Notes: generated by a model not told the origin, from the letters alone. DNA of 64,000 bases from Chloroflexota bacterium (GCA_016210205.1 JACQUO010000024.1:29105-93104); one strand, 5' to 3'; positions 26,980-37,173 are shown, counted from the first letter of the stretch. Numbers and translations: made by a program.

Positions 26980-27912
26980 TTGCAGTGGTGGGAGTTCACC
27001 GCCCAGGCGGAGGAGCCCTGGACCGAGGCCGTGTCCGGGGCCTTTCATGACTTCTGCCGGGAGGGGGTCTGGATTGAGCCTGCCCCTCCCCAAGCCTTGA
27101 TTGGCTTCCCCACCCCAGGGGTCGGCGTGTCGATGGTTCGGGGCTACTTCCCCGTGGACGACTCCCTCTCGAGTCGCCTCTGGGAGTTCCAGGAGAGCCT
27201 GGACTTCCTGCAGTCCCAGGGGTTCCTCCGCTGCTGGGAGAAGCGGGCGGTGGAGAGCCAGGACTGGGAGCACACCTGGCGTCGCCACTTTCCCCTGCAG
27301 CATATCGGCCAGCGCCTGGTGATTAAGCCTTCCTGGCGCTCCTATGCCCCCAAAGACCAGGAGGTGGTGGTGGAGCTGGACCCTGGCATCGCCTTCGGCA
27401 CCGGCCTCCACCCCACCACCCGCATGTGCCTGGCCCTTTTGGAGCAACGCCTTCGGCCCGGGGACCGGGTGCTGGACCTGGGGACCGGCTCCGGCATCCT
27501 GGCCATCGCCGCCGCCGGGCTGGGGGCCGCCCACATCGACGCTCGGGACGTCGACCCCGTGGCGGTGAAAGCGGCCCGGGAGAACGCCGCCAAGAACGGG
27601 GTGGAGGGCCTCATCCAGGTGAGCGAGGGCACCCTGGCCCCGCATCCTCCCCTGGACACGGCCTTCCCCACCTACGAGCTGGTGCTGGCCAATATCTACA
27701 CCAATGTGTTGACTGCCCTGGCGGAGAGCCTGGCCCGTGCCCTGGCCCCTGAGGGCAGCCTCATCATCAGCGGCTACATCGACGCCCATCAGGCCCAGGT
27801 GGAGGGGGCCCTAGAGGCGGCGGGGTTGACCCTCACCGAGCGGGCCCGCCAGGGCGAATGGCACGCCGCGGTGGCCCGCCTCGCCCCCCGCCCGCCCACT
27901 CTCCAGCAGTGA
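26980..27912 (+). CDS. prmA: Ribosomal protein L11 methyltransferase
   Basis: DPGIAFGTGLHPTT and VLDLGTGSGILAIAA (SAM motif I). TTG start. The dnaJ-prmA-rsmE order is conserved. Confidence 0.9.
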   Translation: MQWWEFTAQAEEPWTEAVSGAFHDFCREGVWIEPAPPQALIGFPTPGVGVSMVRGYFPVDDSLSSRLWEFQESLDFLQSQGFLRCWEKRAVESQDWEHTWRRHFPLQHIGQRLVIKPSWRSYAPKDQEVVVELDPGIAFGTGLHPTTRMCLALLEQRLRPGDRVLDLGTGSGILAIAAAGLGAAHIDARDVDPVAVKAARENAAKNGVEGLIQVSEGTLAPHPPLDTAFPTYELVLANIYTNVLTALAESLARALAPEGSLIISGYIDAHQAQVEGALEAAGLTLTERARQGEWHAAVARLAPRPPTLQQ

Positions 27913-27924
27913 GCACTTAAGCCC

Positions 27925-28707
27925 ATGTTCGGCCTCCCCCGCTTCTTCGTGTCGCCCGAGCGCATCTCCGGGGGACAGGTCGCCTTGGAGCCGTCCCAGG
28001 CCCGACAGATACAGCGAGTGCTGCGCCTGCGGCTTGGCGCCCACATCCTGGTCTTAGACGGCTCCGGCAACGAGTATCTGGTCAGCCTCGACCAGGTGAC
28101 GGGAAGCCAGGCCACAGGCGGTATCCTGCAACAGCGGGCGGCCCCGGGGGAGCCCAGGCTACACCTCACCTTATGTCAAGCCTTGCTCAAGGGCGCCCGG
28201 TTCGAGCTGGCCCTGCAAAAGGGGACGGAGCTGGGGGTGAGCACCTTCGTCCCCCTGTCCTGCCACCGCAGCGAGCCCGGGCCGCCAACCCCCCCACGCC
28301 TGGCTCGCTGGCGCCGCATCATCCTGGAGGCCGCCGAGCAGTCGGAGCGGGGGAGGCTGCCCCATCTGGCCCCCAGCGCCACCGTCGCCGAGGCCCTGGG
28401 GGCCGCTAGGGATGAGCCTTGTCTCTTCCTGTGGGAGGGCCAGGGTGGGGTTGGGTTAAAGGAAGGATTGCGCCGCGTGGGGCCGCGCCTGGAAAAAACG
28501 CCCTCCCTCCGGCTCCTGGTCGGCCCCGTGGGTGGCTTCACCCCGCATGAGGTGGCCCTGGCCCAAGAGAGGGGCGCCCTCCTGGTAACCCTGGGCCCGC
28601 GGGTGCTGCGGGCGGAGACGGCCGGGCTGGCCGCCGCCGCAGCCATCTTGTTCGCGCTGGGGGAGATGGAGCAGGTCAGGCCAGGAGGCCCAACCCCCGG
28701 AGGATGA
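27925..28707 (+). CDS. rsmE: 16S rRNA (uracil1498-N3)-methyltransferase
   Basis: RFFV N-terminus, KGARFELALQKGTELGV, QSERGRLP, and LLVGPVGGFTPHEV..LGPRVLRAETA. Confidence 0.9.
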   Translation: MFGLPRFFVSPERISGGQVALEPSQARQIQRVLRLRLGAHILVLDGSGNEYLVSLDQVTGSQATGGILQQRAAPGEPRLHLTLCQALLKGARFELALQKGTELGVSTFVPLSCHRSEPGPPTPPRLARWRRIILEAAEQSERGRLPHLAPSATVAEALGAARDEPCLFLWEGQGGVGLKEGLRRVGPRLEKTPSLRLLVGPVGGFTPHEVALAQERGALLVTLGPRVLRAETAGLAAAAAILFALGEMEQVRPGGPTPGG

Positions 28708-29323
28708 AGAACCCCCCAAAGCCCGTGAGGAAGAGGCCGGTGCCCACCAACACCCCCCGATACAGCCGCCCCGAGAGAGACCTCCGCCCCGAGGTCACGA
28801 TGAGGGAAACCAGGCTGTACCAGGAGAGGTCCGCCAGGATGTGCCCCAGGTAGAAGGCCCCCAGCCCCACCACCCCCAGGCCCAGGGCCCAGAGAACATA
28901 GGTCGAGCCCACCGAGACCCACCAGATGAGCCAGGAGGGATTGAAGAGGCTCAGTACGATGCCCCCCACCATGGGCGCCTGGTGCCCCTGATGGACAGCC
29001 CCCTCCAGCTCCAGGGGGTCGCGCCGGCCCCAGTTGATCCGGAGGACGGCAAGACCCATGTAAACCAGCACCAGCCCCCCGGCCACGCCGATGGCCGCGG
29101 TGAGCCAGCCCTGGCCCAAAAACCGGCTCAGGCCCCAGGCCAGGGCCCCCACCATGAGGAGCTCGGTGAAGGCGTGGCCCAGGACCAGAGCCGGGCCGGC
29201 CCAGAAGCCGTGCCTCAAGGACTCGCTGACATTGAAGGCGACGAGGGGGCCGGGCAGCAAGGCCCCGGAGAAGCCCACCAGCAGGGAAGTGACGAAAATG
29301 AGGATGAGGGTAGCCTCAGGCAC
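28676..29323 (-). CDS. LysE/RhtB-family amino-acid exporter
   Basis: 215 aa with 6 TM segments and LLPGPLVAFNVSESL, close to the PGP..l motif of the LysE family. Confidence 0.7.
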   Translation of the reverse strand: MPEATLILIFVTSLLVGFSGALLPGPLVAFNVSESLRHGFWAGPALVLGHAFTELLMVGALAWGLSRFLGQGWLTAAIGVAGGLVLVYMGLAVLRINWGRRDPLELEGAVHQGHQAPMVGGIVLSLFNPSWLIWWVSVGSTYVLWALGLGVVGLGAFYLGHILADLSWYSLVSLIVTSGRRSLSGRLYRGVLVGTGLFLTGFGGFFILRGLGLLA

Positions 29324-30347
29324 GCTGCCCCCTCCCCGGGTCGGCAGGGAACTCGGGGCGGGCGGGCCGCTCCATGAGCTCCGCCACGGCCCGGCGGGGG
29401 TCTAAGCCCCCGAAGAGCACCCGCTCCATCCCCTGGGCGATGGGCATCTCCACCCCCACCTCTCGGGCCAGGAGGAGAGCAGCCACGGTGGTGGGCACAC
29501 CCTCCGCGGTGCCCGCCATGGTGGCCAGGATGTCCCCCAGCCTGCGGCCCCGAGCCAGCTCCTGGCCCACGAAGCGGTTGCGGCTCAAGGGGCTGGCGCA
29601 GGTGGCCACCAGATCTCCCAGCCCCGCCAGGCCAGAGAAGGTGAAGGCCTGGGCCCCCAGAGCCACCCCCAGCCGGGTCATCTCCGCCAGCCCCCGGGCC
29701 ATGAGGGCCGCCTTGGCGTTGTCCCCCATCCCCAGGCCGTCGGCCATGCCCGCCCCCAGGGCGATGACGTTCTTCATGGCGCCCCCCAGTTCCACCCCGA
29801 CCACATCGCCGTTGGTATAGACCCGGAAGGCGGGGGACATGAGCAGCTCCTGAGCCTGCAGGGCCGTCTCCGGGCGGGAGGCGGCCACCACGGTGGTGGC
29901 AGGCAGGCCCTGGGCAATCTCCCGGGCCAGGTTGGGGCCGGAGAGAACGCAAATTCCTGGATGCAGAGCCGTCGGCAGCATCTCCGCCAGCACCTGAGAC
30001 ATGCGCCGGCCCGTCCCTTCCTCCAGCCCCTTGGTGGCGCTCAGGACTGCCACCCCCGGCGGGAGCCGGTCCCGGAGCAGCGCCGCGTTCTCCCGGAAGC
30101 GCCGGGAAGGGACGGCGATGATGGCCATCTCTGCCCCCTTCAGAGCCGCTTCTAGCGAGGAGGTGACCTCCAGCCCTTCCGGGAATGGGAAACCCGGGAG
30201 GCGAGCCCTATTCTCCCCGTCGCTTTGGAGCTGCCTTGCCTCCGCCGCGGTCCGGGCCCAGAGGGCGACCCGCTGCCCCCGCCGCGCCAGGAGGAGGCCC
30301 AGGGCGGTGCCCCAGGCCGTGGCACCGATGATGGCAATCTGGCTCAT
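29316..30347 (-). CDS. gpsA: NAD(P)H-dependent glycerol-3-phosphate dehydrogenase
   Basis: IAIIGATAWGTALG, LSGPNLAREI, KNVIALGAGMADGLG and SPLSRNR motifs. Confidence 0.95.
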   Translation of the reverse strand: MSQIAIIGATAWGTALGLLLARRGQRVALWARTAAEARQLQSDGENRARLPGFPFPEGLEVTSSLEAALKGAEMAIIAVPSRRFRENAALLRDRLPPGVAVLSATKGLEEGTGRRMSQVLAEMLPTALHPGICVLSGPNLAREIAQGLPATTVVAASRPETALQAQELLMSPAFRVYTNGDVVGVELGGAMKNVIALGAGMADGLGMGDNAKAALMARGLAEMTRLGVALGAQAFTFSGLAGLGDLVATCASPLSRNRFVGQELARGRRLGDILATMAGTAEGVPTTVAALLLAREVGVEMPIAQGMERVLFGGLDPRRAVAELMERPARPEFPADPGRGQRA

Positions 30348-30967
30348 CGGGACGAGGACTCCTGCCGCGGGGCCGGCTCCCCCAGCTTGCGCTCCGTGCC
30401 GTTAAGGAGCCGCTGGAGGTTGTCCCGGTGCTGAAAGACGATGAGGGGCGCCGCCACCAGCCCGTAGGCCAGATGGGCCAGGGTCTCCTGGCCCACCCAA
30501 AACAAGGCCCCTAATGCCGCCGCCAGGGCCACCGCGGCCAGCATGGAGCCCAGGGAGACATAGCGAGTCAGGGCCACGGCCAGGGCGAAGGTAGCCACGG
30601 CCACGCCCGCCGCGGGCGCAGACAGCATGAGCGCCCCCCCCAGGCCCGCGGCCACGCCCCGGCCGCCCTGGAACCCCAAGTAGAGGCTCCAGTTATGGCC
30701 CACCACCGCCATCAGGGGGGTGGCCACCTCCAGCCAGGGGCTGCCGGGGGCCAGCCAGCGCGCCAGGGCCACCGGCAAGGCCCCCTTGCCCATATCAACG
30801 GCCAAGACCAGGGCCGCCGGGCCGGGGCCCAGGGTCCGCAGCACATTGGTGGCCCCGGTGCGCCCACTGCCGTGCTCCCGAAGGTCCAGGCCCCGCAGCC
30901 GGGCCAGCCACTGGCCCGAGGGCACCGAGCCCAATAGATAGCTGGCCAAGAGGAGCAGGACCTCCAC
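30344..30967 (-). CDS. plsY: Glycerol-3-phosphate acyltransferase PlsY
   Basis: YLLGSVPSG, HGSGRTGATNVLR and FQGGRGVA motifs. It overlaps gpsA by 4 nt. Confidence 0.93.
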   Translation of the reverse strand: MEVLLLLASYLLGSVPSGQWLARLRGLDLREHGSGRTGATNVLRTLGPGPAALVLAVDMGKGALPVALARWLAPGSPWLEVATPLMAVVGHNWSLYLGFQGGRGVAAGLGGALMLSAPAAGVAVATFALAVALTRYVSLGSMLAAVALAAALGALFWVGQETLAHLAYGLVAAPLIVFQHRDNLQRLLNGTERKLGEPAPRQESSSR

Positions 30968-30970
30968 GGG

Positions 30971-32308
30971 CTACTCCTTCACCTCGGCCACCGCCTCCTC
31001 GCGGCCACGGAAGATGAGGTTCAGGGCCGTGCCCTCGAACCCGAAGGCGTCCCGCAGGCGGTTCTCCAGATAGCGCCGATAGGAGAAATGGATGAGGGCG
31101 GGGTCGTTGACGAAGAAGACGAAGGTGGGCGGGTTGACCGCCGCCTGGGTGACATAGAGGACTTTGAGGCGGCGGCCCTTAATCACGCTGGGGCCGTGGG
31201 CGGCCAGGGCCTCCTGGACCAGGCGGTTCAGCTGTCCTGTGGTGACGCGCTTGAGGCGCTCCCCATAGACCTTGATGGCCGCATCCAGGACCTCCCGCAC
31301 CCCCTGGCCGGTGAGGGCGGAGATGAAGAAAAGCGGGAACTGGGGGATGAAGCGCAGGGCGCGGCGGATGGTGGCCTCGCAGGTGTCTTTATCCCGGCCC
31401 AGCTCTGGCGCCAGGTCCCACTTGTTCACCGCCACCACCAGCCCCTTGTGGGCTTGCTGCGCATAGCCGGCGATATGGGCATCCTGAGCGGTGATGACCT
31501 CGTCGGCGTCGGTGAGCAGCAGCACCACATCGGCCCGCCCGATGGCCCGCAGCGCCCGGAGCACGCTGTAGCGCTCCACCCCGGGGGCCACCTTGCCCCG
31601 CCGCCGCACCCCAGCGGTATCGATGAGGATGAGGGTCTCCCCTCGAAAAGTGACCTGGGTGTCCAGGGCGTCCCTGGTGGTGCCGGGAACGGGGCTGACG
31701 ATGGCCCGTTCCTCCCCCAGGATAGCGTTGAGAAGTTGGGACTTGCCCACATTGGGCCGCCCCACGATGGCCACCTTGAGCAGCGGCGTCTCCACCGGTG
31801 CGGGCGGGGCGGGGGGCAGGACCGCCAGGAGGCGCTCCACCAGCTCCCCCACCCCCATGCCGTGGTATGCGCTTATGGGGATAGGCTCCCCCAGGCCCAG
31901 CTGATAGAACTCCAGGGCATCGGGGCGGCGCCTCTCGTTGTCCACCTTGTTCACGGCCAGGAGCAGGGGCTTCCCCGAGGCCCGCAGAGCCTGGGCCACC
32001 TCCTGGTCGCCGCCGGTGACCCCAGCCACGGCATCCACCAGGAAGATGATGGCCTCGGCCTCCCGCACCGCGGTTTTCACCTGGGCGGCGATTTGAGCCG
32101 CGAGGCTTGGCCCGACCCCCAGCTCCAGCCCGCCGGTGTCCACCAGCGTCACCTCCCGCTCGTCCCACGAGACATCGGCGTAGATGCGGTCGCGGGTGGT
32201 GCCGGGGGCGTCATCCACCACGGACAGGCGTGACCCGGCCAGGCGGTTGAAGAGGGTGGACTTGCCCACATTGGGGCGCCCCACGATGGCGACGATGGGC
32301 CTGCTCAT
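30971..32308 (-). CDS. der: Ribosome-associated GTPase Der (EngA)
   Basis: Two G domains (GRPNVGKSTLFN and GRPNVGKSQLLN) plus a KH-like C-terminus. Confidence 0.96.
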   Translation of the reverse strand: MSRPIVAIVGRPNVGKSTLFNRLAGSRLSVVDDAPGTTRDRIYADVSWDEREVTLVDTGGLELGVGPSLAAQIAAQVKTAVREAEAIIFLVDAVAGVTGGDQEVAQALRASGKPLLLAVNKVDNERRRPDALEFYQLGLGEPIPISAYHGMGVGELVERLLAVLPPAPPAPVETPLLKVAIVGRPNVGKSQLLNAILGEERAIVSPVPGTTRDALDTQVTFRGETLILIDTAGVRRRGKVAPGVERYSVLRALRAIGRADVVLLLTDADEVITAQDAHIAGYAQQAHKGLVVAVNKWDLAPELGRDKDTCEATIRRALRFIPQFPLFFISALTGQGVREVLDAAIKVYGERLKRVTTGQLNRLVQEALAAHGPSVIKGRRLKVLYVTQAAVNPPTFVFFVNDPALIHFSYRRYLENRLRDAFGFEGTALNLIFRGREEAVAEVKE

Positions 32309-33219
32309 GAACCTAGTAGCTGACTCAGGAGCGCCTTCTGGACATGGAGGCGGTTCTCCGCCTGGTCGAAGACCACGGAAGGCGGGCGGTCCAGGAGGCC
32401 CGGGGCCACCTCCTCCCCCTGATGGGCCGGCAGAGGATGCATGAGGATGACCTTCTGGTCCGCCAAGGCCAGAAGCTCCTCATTCACCTGGAAGCTCTTG
32501 AAGATGAGGCGGCGCTCGGCAGCCTCCGACTCCTGGCCCATGCTGGTCCAGACATCGGTGTAGAGCGCCTGGGCACCCCGGGCCGCCTCCGCCGGACGGT
32601 GAAGGCGCTGGAGCCTGGCGCCGGAGGCCCCGGCCAGCCCCAAGGTCCGCTCCCACAGAGGCTCCGGCAGCTCGTAGCCCCGGGGCGAGGCGATGCGGAA
32701 GTCCACCCCCAGAAGAGCGGCCCCCAAGGCCAGGCTGGCAGCCACATTGTTGCCGTCGCCGATGTAGGCTAGGGCCAATCCCTTGAGGGAGCCGTGCTTC
32801 TCGTAGATGGTGAGGAAGTCCGCCAGGGCCTGGCAGGGGTGCTCGGCATCCGAGAGGGCGTTGACCACAGGGATGGAGGCGTGCTCGGCCAGAAGCTCCA
32901 CGGTGCGGTGAAGGAAGGTGCGGGCGGCGATGCCGTCCACATAGCGGGAGAGCACCTGGGCCACATGGGACACGGGCTCGCGGCGGCCCAGGCCCACCTC
33001 GGCGTCGGAAAGATACAGGGCATGGCCCCCCAGCTGCTGCATGGCCACATCGAAACTGACCCGGGTGCGCAGGGAGGGCTTCTCGAAGATGAGGGCCAGG
33101 CTCCTGCCCGAAAGCGACGGCTGCGTCCCCTCGGCCTTCATCTGGAGGGCGAGCTGGAGGATCCGCCAGAGCTCGGCGGCGGAGAAGTCGGCTATGGAGA
33201 GGAAATCCCTTTTGGCCAT
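32305..33219 (-). CDS. argF: Ornithine carbamoyltransferase
   Basis: FEKPSLRTRVSF, HPCQALAD and HPLPA motifs. The start is ATG at 33219 (MAKRDFLSI). The 50-codon upstream extension in the ORF track reads through a repeat element. Confidence 0.93.
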   Translation of the reverse strand: MAKRDFLSIADFSAAELWRILQLALQMKAEGTQPSLSGRSLALIFEKPSLRTRVSFDVAMQQLGGHALYLSDAEVGLGRREPVSHVAQVLSRYVDGIAARTFLHRTVELLAEHASIPVVNALSDAEHPCQALADFLTIYEKHGSLKGLALAYIGDGNNVAASLALGAALLGVDFRIASPRGYELPEPLWERTLGLAGASGARLQRLHRPAEAARGAQALYTDVWTSMGQESEAAERRLIFKSFQVNEELLALADQKVILMHPLPAHQGEEVAPGLLDRPPSVVFDQAENRLHVQKALLSQLLGS

Positions 33220-33306
33220 TATCCTACCTTGAGCATTAGTATAGCACAATGCCAGCCCGCCAAACTCTCCAAAGCTCGGCCCGGAATTCCCCCAATCTTC
33301 TGGACA

Positions 33307-33410
33307 CCTCATCCCTGTGTCCCCCTCTCCTTCCGGGAGAGGGGGAAGATAAGGAAGACTGGGGGACACCCCCAGACCCCTGACAGGGGGCTAGGCCCCC
33401 TGCCAGAAAG
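33307..33410 (+). repeat. Three-hairpin intergenic repeat (family 1), complete copy
   Basis: CCCCCTCTCC-TTCC-GGGAGAGGGGG (33321-33345), CTGGGGGACACCCCCAG (33359-33375) and CAGGGGG-CTAGG-CCCCCTG (33384-33402). Confidence 0.8.
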
Positions 33411-33477
33411 CTTCCCCGAGCCCTCGGTTGGTGGGAATACCCTCCTCAGGAATCCCCTCTCCACGGCTGGAGGTTTG

Positions 33478-33500
33478 CTCTGGGGACACCCCCAGACCCC
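33478..33500 (+). repeat. Family-1 repeat, solo HP2 module
   Basis: CTCTGGGGACACCCCCAGACCCC is one G short of the canonical palindrome. Confidence 0.55.
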
Positions 33501-33684
33501 AGCAATCTCGACTAGTTGAGACTGCACCCTCTTTCCGCTCATGGCAACATGGGGAGTCCAGAGGGCGGCCAGCGCCCCTGCTGCGCTTCCCCATCCCCAA
33601 GCCACCCGGAAGTTCGCCTTGACAATGTCCTCACGCCGCCAGTATAGTCTGGGCAGACTGGGACGCTGGGCGAAGGAGGGCATA

Positions 33685-34254
33685 GTGAAGACGGTTCAAG
33701 AGGCCATCCAGTGGCGGCGGAGCATCCGCAAGTTCAAGCCCGACCCCATCTCCGATGAACACCTGGCCCTGATTATCGAGGCGGCGAGGCTCGCCCCCTC
33801 CGGCACCAACCGCCAGCCCTGGCGCTTCCAGGTCATCCGTGACCAGGCCCTCCAGAAGCGCCTGGCGGAGGAGGCCACCCTGAACCAGCGGCATGTGGCC
33901 GAAGCCCCGGTCTGCATCGTCTGCGGCTCCGAGATGCTCACCTTCGTCAAGGGCCATCCCCTGGCCCCGTCAGGGGGCGACTACTTCGCCGCCGAGAGCG
34001 AGGACCCCGAGGCCCTCAAGCCCTTCATCGCCGACGCCCAGATGTACACCGCCGTCGCCATCGAGCACATGGCTCTCATGGCAGCCTCCCTGGGGATTGG
34101 CTCCTGCTGGGTGCAGCGCATCCGCTTCGGAGCCATGGCCAAGCTCCTGGGCTGGCCCCGCCACCGGGTCATCCACGCCTTGCTCCTCCTGGGCTACCCC
34201 GAGGGTGACCTGCCGCCCCAGCGGCGCCTGGCCAAAGAGCAAATCCTGCTCTAG
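33685..34254 (+). CDS. Nitroreductase-family oxidoreductase
   Basis: TVQEAIQWRRSIRKFKPDPI..APSGTNRQPWRF. I prefer GTG at 33685 because of the GAAGGAGGG Shine-Dalgarno 4 nt upstream. The ORF track starts at 33541, inside repeat-derived sequence. Confidence 0.85.
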   Translation: MKTVQEAIQWRRSIRKFKPDPISDEHLALIIEAARLAPSGTNRQPWRFQVIRDQALQKRLAEEATLNQRHVAEAPVCIVCGSEMLTFVKGHPLAPSGGDYFAAESEDPEALKPFIADAQMYTAVAIEHMALMAASLGIGSCWVQRIRFGAMAKLLGWPRHRVIHALLLLGYPEGDLPPQRRLAKEQILL

Positions 34255-34267
34255 GGCCTGGTCACGG

Positions 34268-34627
34268 ATGACCTGGGCTGGCCGGCTCCGCCTCTTCCTC
34301 CTGGGCAGCCTGACCCTCTCCCTGCTCCTGGGGAGCGGGCTTTTGGGCTACCGACTCCTCTCCTATCAGGGGCCGCCCCTGGCCATCTCCTTGCCCCCGG
34401 GCCAGCCCGCTTCCCAGGCCAGCCCGCTCCTCCCCAAGATTAGCCTCAACCGGGCCTCCGTCCAGGCACTCCAGACCCTAGAGGGCATCGGGCCTGTCCG
34501 CGCCCAGGCCATCGTGGACTACCGCCTCCAGCACGGCCCCTTCAAGAGCATCGAGGAGGTGGACCAGGTGCGGGGCATCGGCCCGGTCACCCTGGAGAAA
34601 ATTCGGGGCCGCCTCACCCTGGACTGA
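34268..34627 (+). CDS. comEA: Competence protein ComEA (helix-hairpin-helix DNA receptor)
   Basis: One TM segment, then INLNRASVQALQTLEGIGPVRAQAIVDYRLQHGPFKSIEEVDQVRGIGPVTLEKI, a tandem HhH region. Confidence 0.88.
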   Translation: MTWAGRLRLFLLGSLTLSLLLGSGLLGYRLLSYQGPPLAISLPPGQPASQASPLLPKISLNRASVQALQTLEGIGPVRAQAIVDYRLQHGPFKSIEEVDQVRGIGPVTLEKIRGRLTLD

Positions 34628-34646
34628 AAGGCCGAGAGGACCGAGT

Positions 34647-37114
34647 ATGCCCCTCTTTTACCTCAGCCTGGCTTTCTTGGCCGGCCTGGCCTCCGCCCTC
34701 TTTCTACCCCTGGCGGCGCTGGGGATGGGCGTGGCCCTGGCGGGCCTGGCGGCCCTATCCGCCCTGAAGGGCTGGGGGCGACACCTCCTGTTGCCCGTCC
34801 TCTGCCTGGCCGCCTTCGGGGCCGGCGCGCTACGGGGGGAGCTGGCGGCCCAGAGCGCCGCTGGCCAGGCCCTGCGCGCCTACAACGACTCTGGCCCCGT
34901 GGAGGTGGTGGGCCTGGTGGCGGGGGACCCCGAACCCCTGGGCCGCACCACCCGCCTTCGCCTGGAGGTGCGAGCCGTGGGCCAGCCCGGCTCCGCCCTC
35001 CAGCCTGCCGACGGCCTGGCCCTGGTCTCTGCTCCCCCCTACCCTGACCTGGGCCCGGGGCGGGAGTTCCCCTACTACCGCTACGGCGACCTCCTCCGCC
35101 TGCGCGGCGAGCTTCACACCCCACCCCAGCTCTCCGACTTCGACTATCGGGAGTACCTGGCCCGCCAGGGGGTCTATTCCCTCATGTCCTTCCCCCAAAA
35201 GATGGAGCTGGCGGCCCAGGGGCAGGGGCTGGCCCCCTGGAGTGGCTCTACGGGCTGCGCCAGCGCCTCTCCCAGGGCCTGGCCAGCTCCCTGCCCGAGC
35301 CTCAGGCCTCCCTGGCCCAGGCCATGCTCCTGGGGCAGCGCGGCCAGCTCCCCGAGGACCTCAAAGACGCCTTTGCCCGCTCCGGCACCTCGCACCTGGT
35401 GGCCATTTCCGGCCAGAACCTCACCATCCTCCTGGGTCTCCTGGTGGCTGCCGCAGTCTGGGCCTGGGGTCGCCACCGCCCGCACTATTTTGTCCTGGGG
35501 CTGGCCGCCATCTGGGGCTACAGCCTCCTCACCGGCCTGGCCCCGCCGGTGGTGCGGGCCGCCATCATGGGGAGCCTGTGGCTCCTGGCGGGGTTTTTGG
35601 GCCGGCCGGGGAGCGCCGGCACCGCTCTGGCGCTCTCCGCCGCGGCCATGGCGGGGCTCTCCCCGGAGCTGCTCCGGGATGTCTCCTTCCAGCTTTCCTT
35701 CGCCGCCATGGCCGGCCTTGTCTTCCTGGCCCCCCTGCTTGTGGGCTGGGGCCGTGGTCTCCTGGCTCAATGGGGGTGGGAAGAGAGCCGCTCTCTCCTC
35801 TGGGCCTGGGACAGCGCGGCCATAACCGCCAGCGCCACTCTCCTCACCCTGCCCATCGCCGCCGTCAACTTCCACCGGGTCTCCGTAGTTGGCCTGCCCG
35901 CCACCCTGCTGGGGACCCTCTCCCTCCCCGGCATCATCGTCCTGGGGGGGCTGTCCGCCCTGGGGAGCGCCCTCTGGTCGCCCCTGGGGCAGGGGCTGGC
36001 CTGGCTGGCCTGGCCCTGCCTCACCTGGCTCATGGGGGTAGCCCAGGGCTTCGCCGCCCTGCCCCTGGCGGCCTTGAAGGTGGAGGGGGTGGGCCCAGCC
36101 TGGGCCTGGGGCTACTACGGGCTCCTGGCGGGGCTGGTGGCCGTGGCCCGTCCCGCCGTGCGGGACTGGCTGCGCGCCTCGGCCACGGGGCTCCTCTCCG
36201 GCGCCTCCTCCCTGGGCAGGGCGCGGCTCACCTGGATTTTGGTCGCCCTTCTCCTGGCTAACAGCCTGGCCTGGGGAGCCTTCTTTACCCTGCCCCCTGC
36301 CAGTCTCCAGGTCTATTTCCTGGATGTGGGCCAGGGGGACGCCGTCCTCATCCGCACCCCCCAGAACCGCAAAATCCTCATCGACGGCGGCCCCAGCCCC
36401 GCCGTTCTGAGCGCCCAACTGGGACAGCGCCTGCCCTTCTGGGACCGCACCATCGACCTGGTGGTGCTGACCCACCCCGACTCGGACCATCTCTCCGGCC
36501 TGGTGGAGACGCTGCGGCACTATCAGGTGAAAGCGGCCTGGGAAGGGGGCCGAGCCCAGGATGGCTCGCCGTCAGCGGTAGATGCCAAGACCGGCCCAGT
36601 CTACCGGGAGTGGCAGACCCTTTTGACGGAGAAGGGCATCCCCCACCAGCAGGCCCAGGCGGGGATGCTGCTGGAGCTGGAGCCAGGCCTGCGGCTGGAG
36701 GTGCTCCACCCCCCGCCGGGCTTGCCCGCCGGGGCCTTCGAGGAAGAGGACAACTATGGGGCGGTGCTGCGCCTGACGGCAGGGGAGGTGAGCTTCCTCT
36801 TCGCCGCGGACCTGCGGGTGGAGGGGGAGCTCTATCTTATCGGCCAGGCCCAGAGCAGCCTCCAGAGCACCATGCTCAAGGTGGCCCACCACGGCTCGGA
36901 CACCTCCACCTCCCCCGAGTGGCTGGAGGCGGTGGCCCCCCAGATGGCGGTCATCTCCGTGGCGGAGAAGAACCCCTTCGATCTGCCCTCCCCGGAGGTC
37001 AGAGAGCGACTTGAGGCCAAGCTGGGGGCGGACCGGGTCCTGCTGACCTCGGAGCGGGGGACGGTGACGGCCACGGTGGCGGACGGGAGGCTGGCGGTGG
37101 CCACGGAAAAGTGA
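34647..37114 (+). CDS. comEC: DNA internalization channel ComEC/Rec2, interrupted by a frameshift near 35233-35240
   Basis: The N-terminal part (frame 0, 34647 onward) is protein-like up to ...QKMELAAQGQGLAP. The continuation LEWLYGLRQRLSQGL..AMLLGQRGQL..SGTSHLVAISGQN and the C-terminal MBL domain (VYFLDVGQGDAVLI, HHGS) lie in frame 2. After about 35240 frame 0 becomes Pro/Trp/Arg-rich nonsense. Confidence 0.8.
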
Positions 37115-37144
37115 CCGGCGCTGGACTTCTCACCCGTTAGAAGG

Positions 37145-37173
37145 TTGAGTATCCCAGGGCGGTGGTGTAGAAT
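37145..37173 (+). promoter_or_regulatory. Sigma-70-like promoter upstream of rph
   Basis: TTGAGT (37145-37150), a 17-nt spacer, then TAGAAT (37168-37173). Confidence 0.4.

Noticed and set aside
28676-28707. 32-nt overlap between the convergent rsmE and LysE-family genes as a possible regulatory antisense feature
   Set aside because: Short 3'-3' overlaps are common in compact GC-rich genomes, and nothing else distinguishes the site.
33220-33369. 50-codon N-terminal extension of argF in the ORF track, and the similar extension of the nitroreductase ORF at 33541..33684
   Set aside because: The extensions are translations of family-1 repeat sequence (..EGEGDTG.., ..GDTPRPQQ..). Canonical starts with conserved N-termini and a good Shine-Dalgarno lie downstream.
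35233-35237. Programmed -1 ribosomal frameshifting in comEC
   Set aside because: The site G GCC CCC UGG is not a canonical X XXY YYZ slippery heptamer, and I see no obvious downstream stimulatory structure. An indel in the C run, real or artefactual, is the simpler reading. I kept it as a low-probability alternative in the finding.
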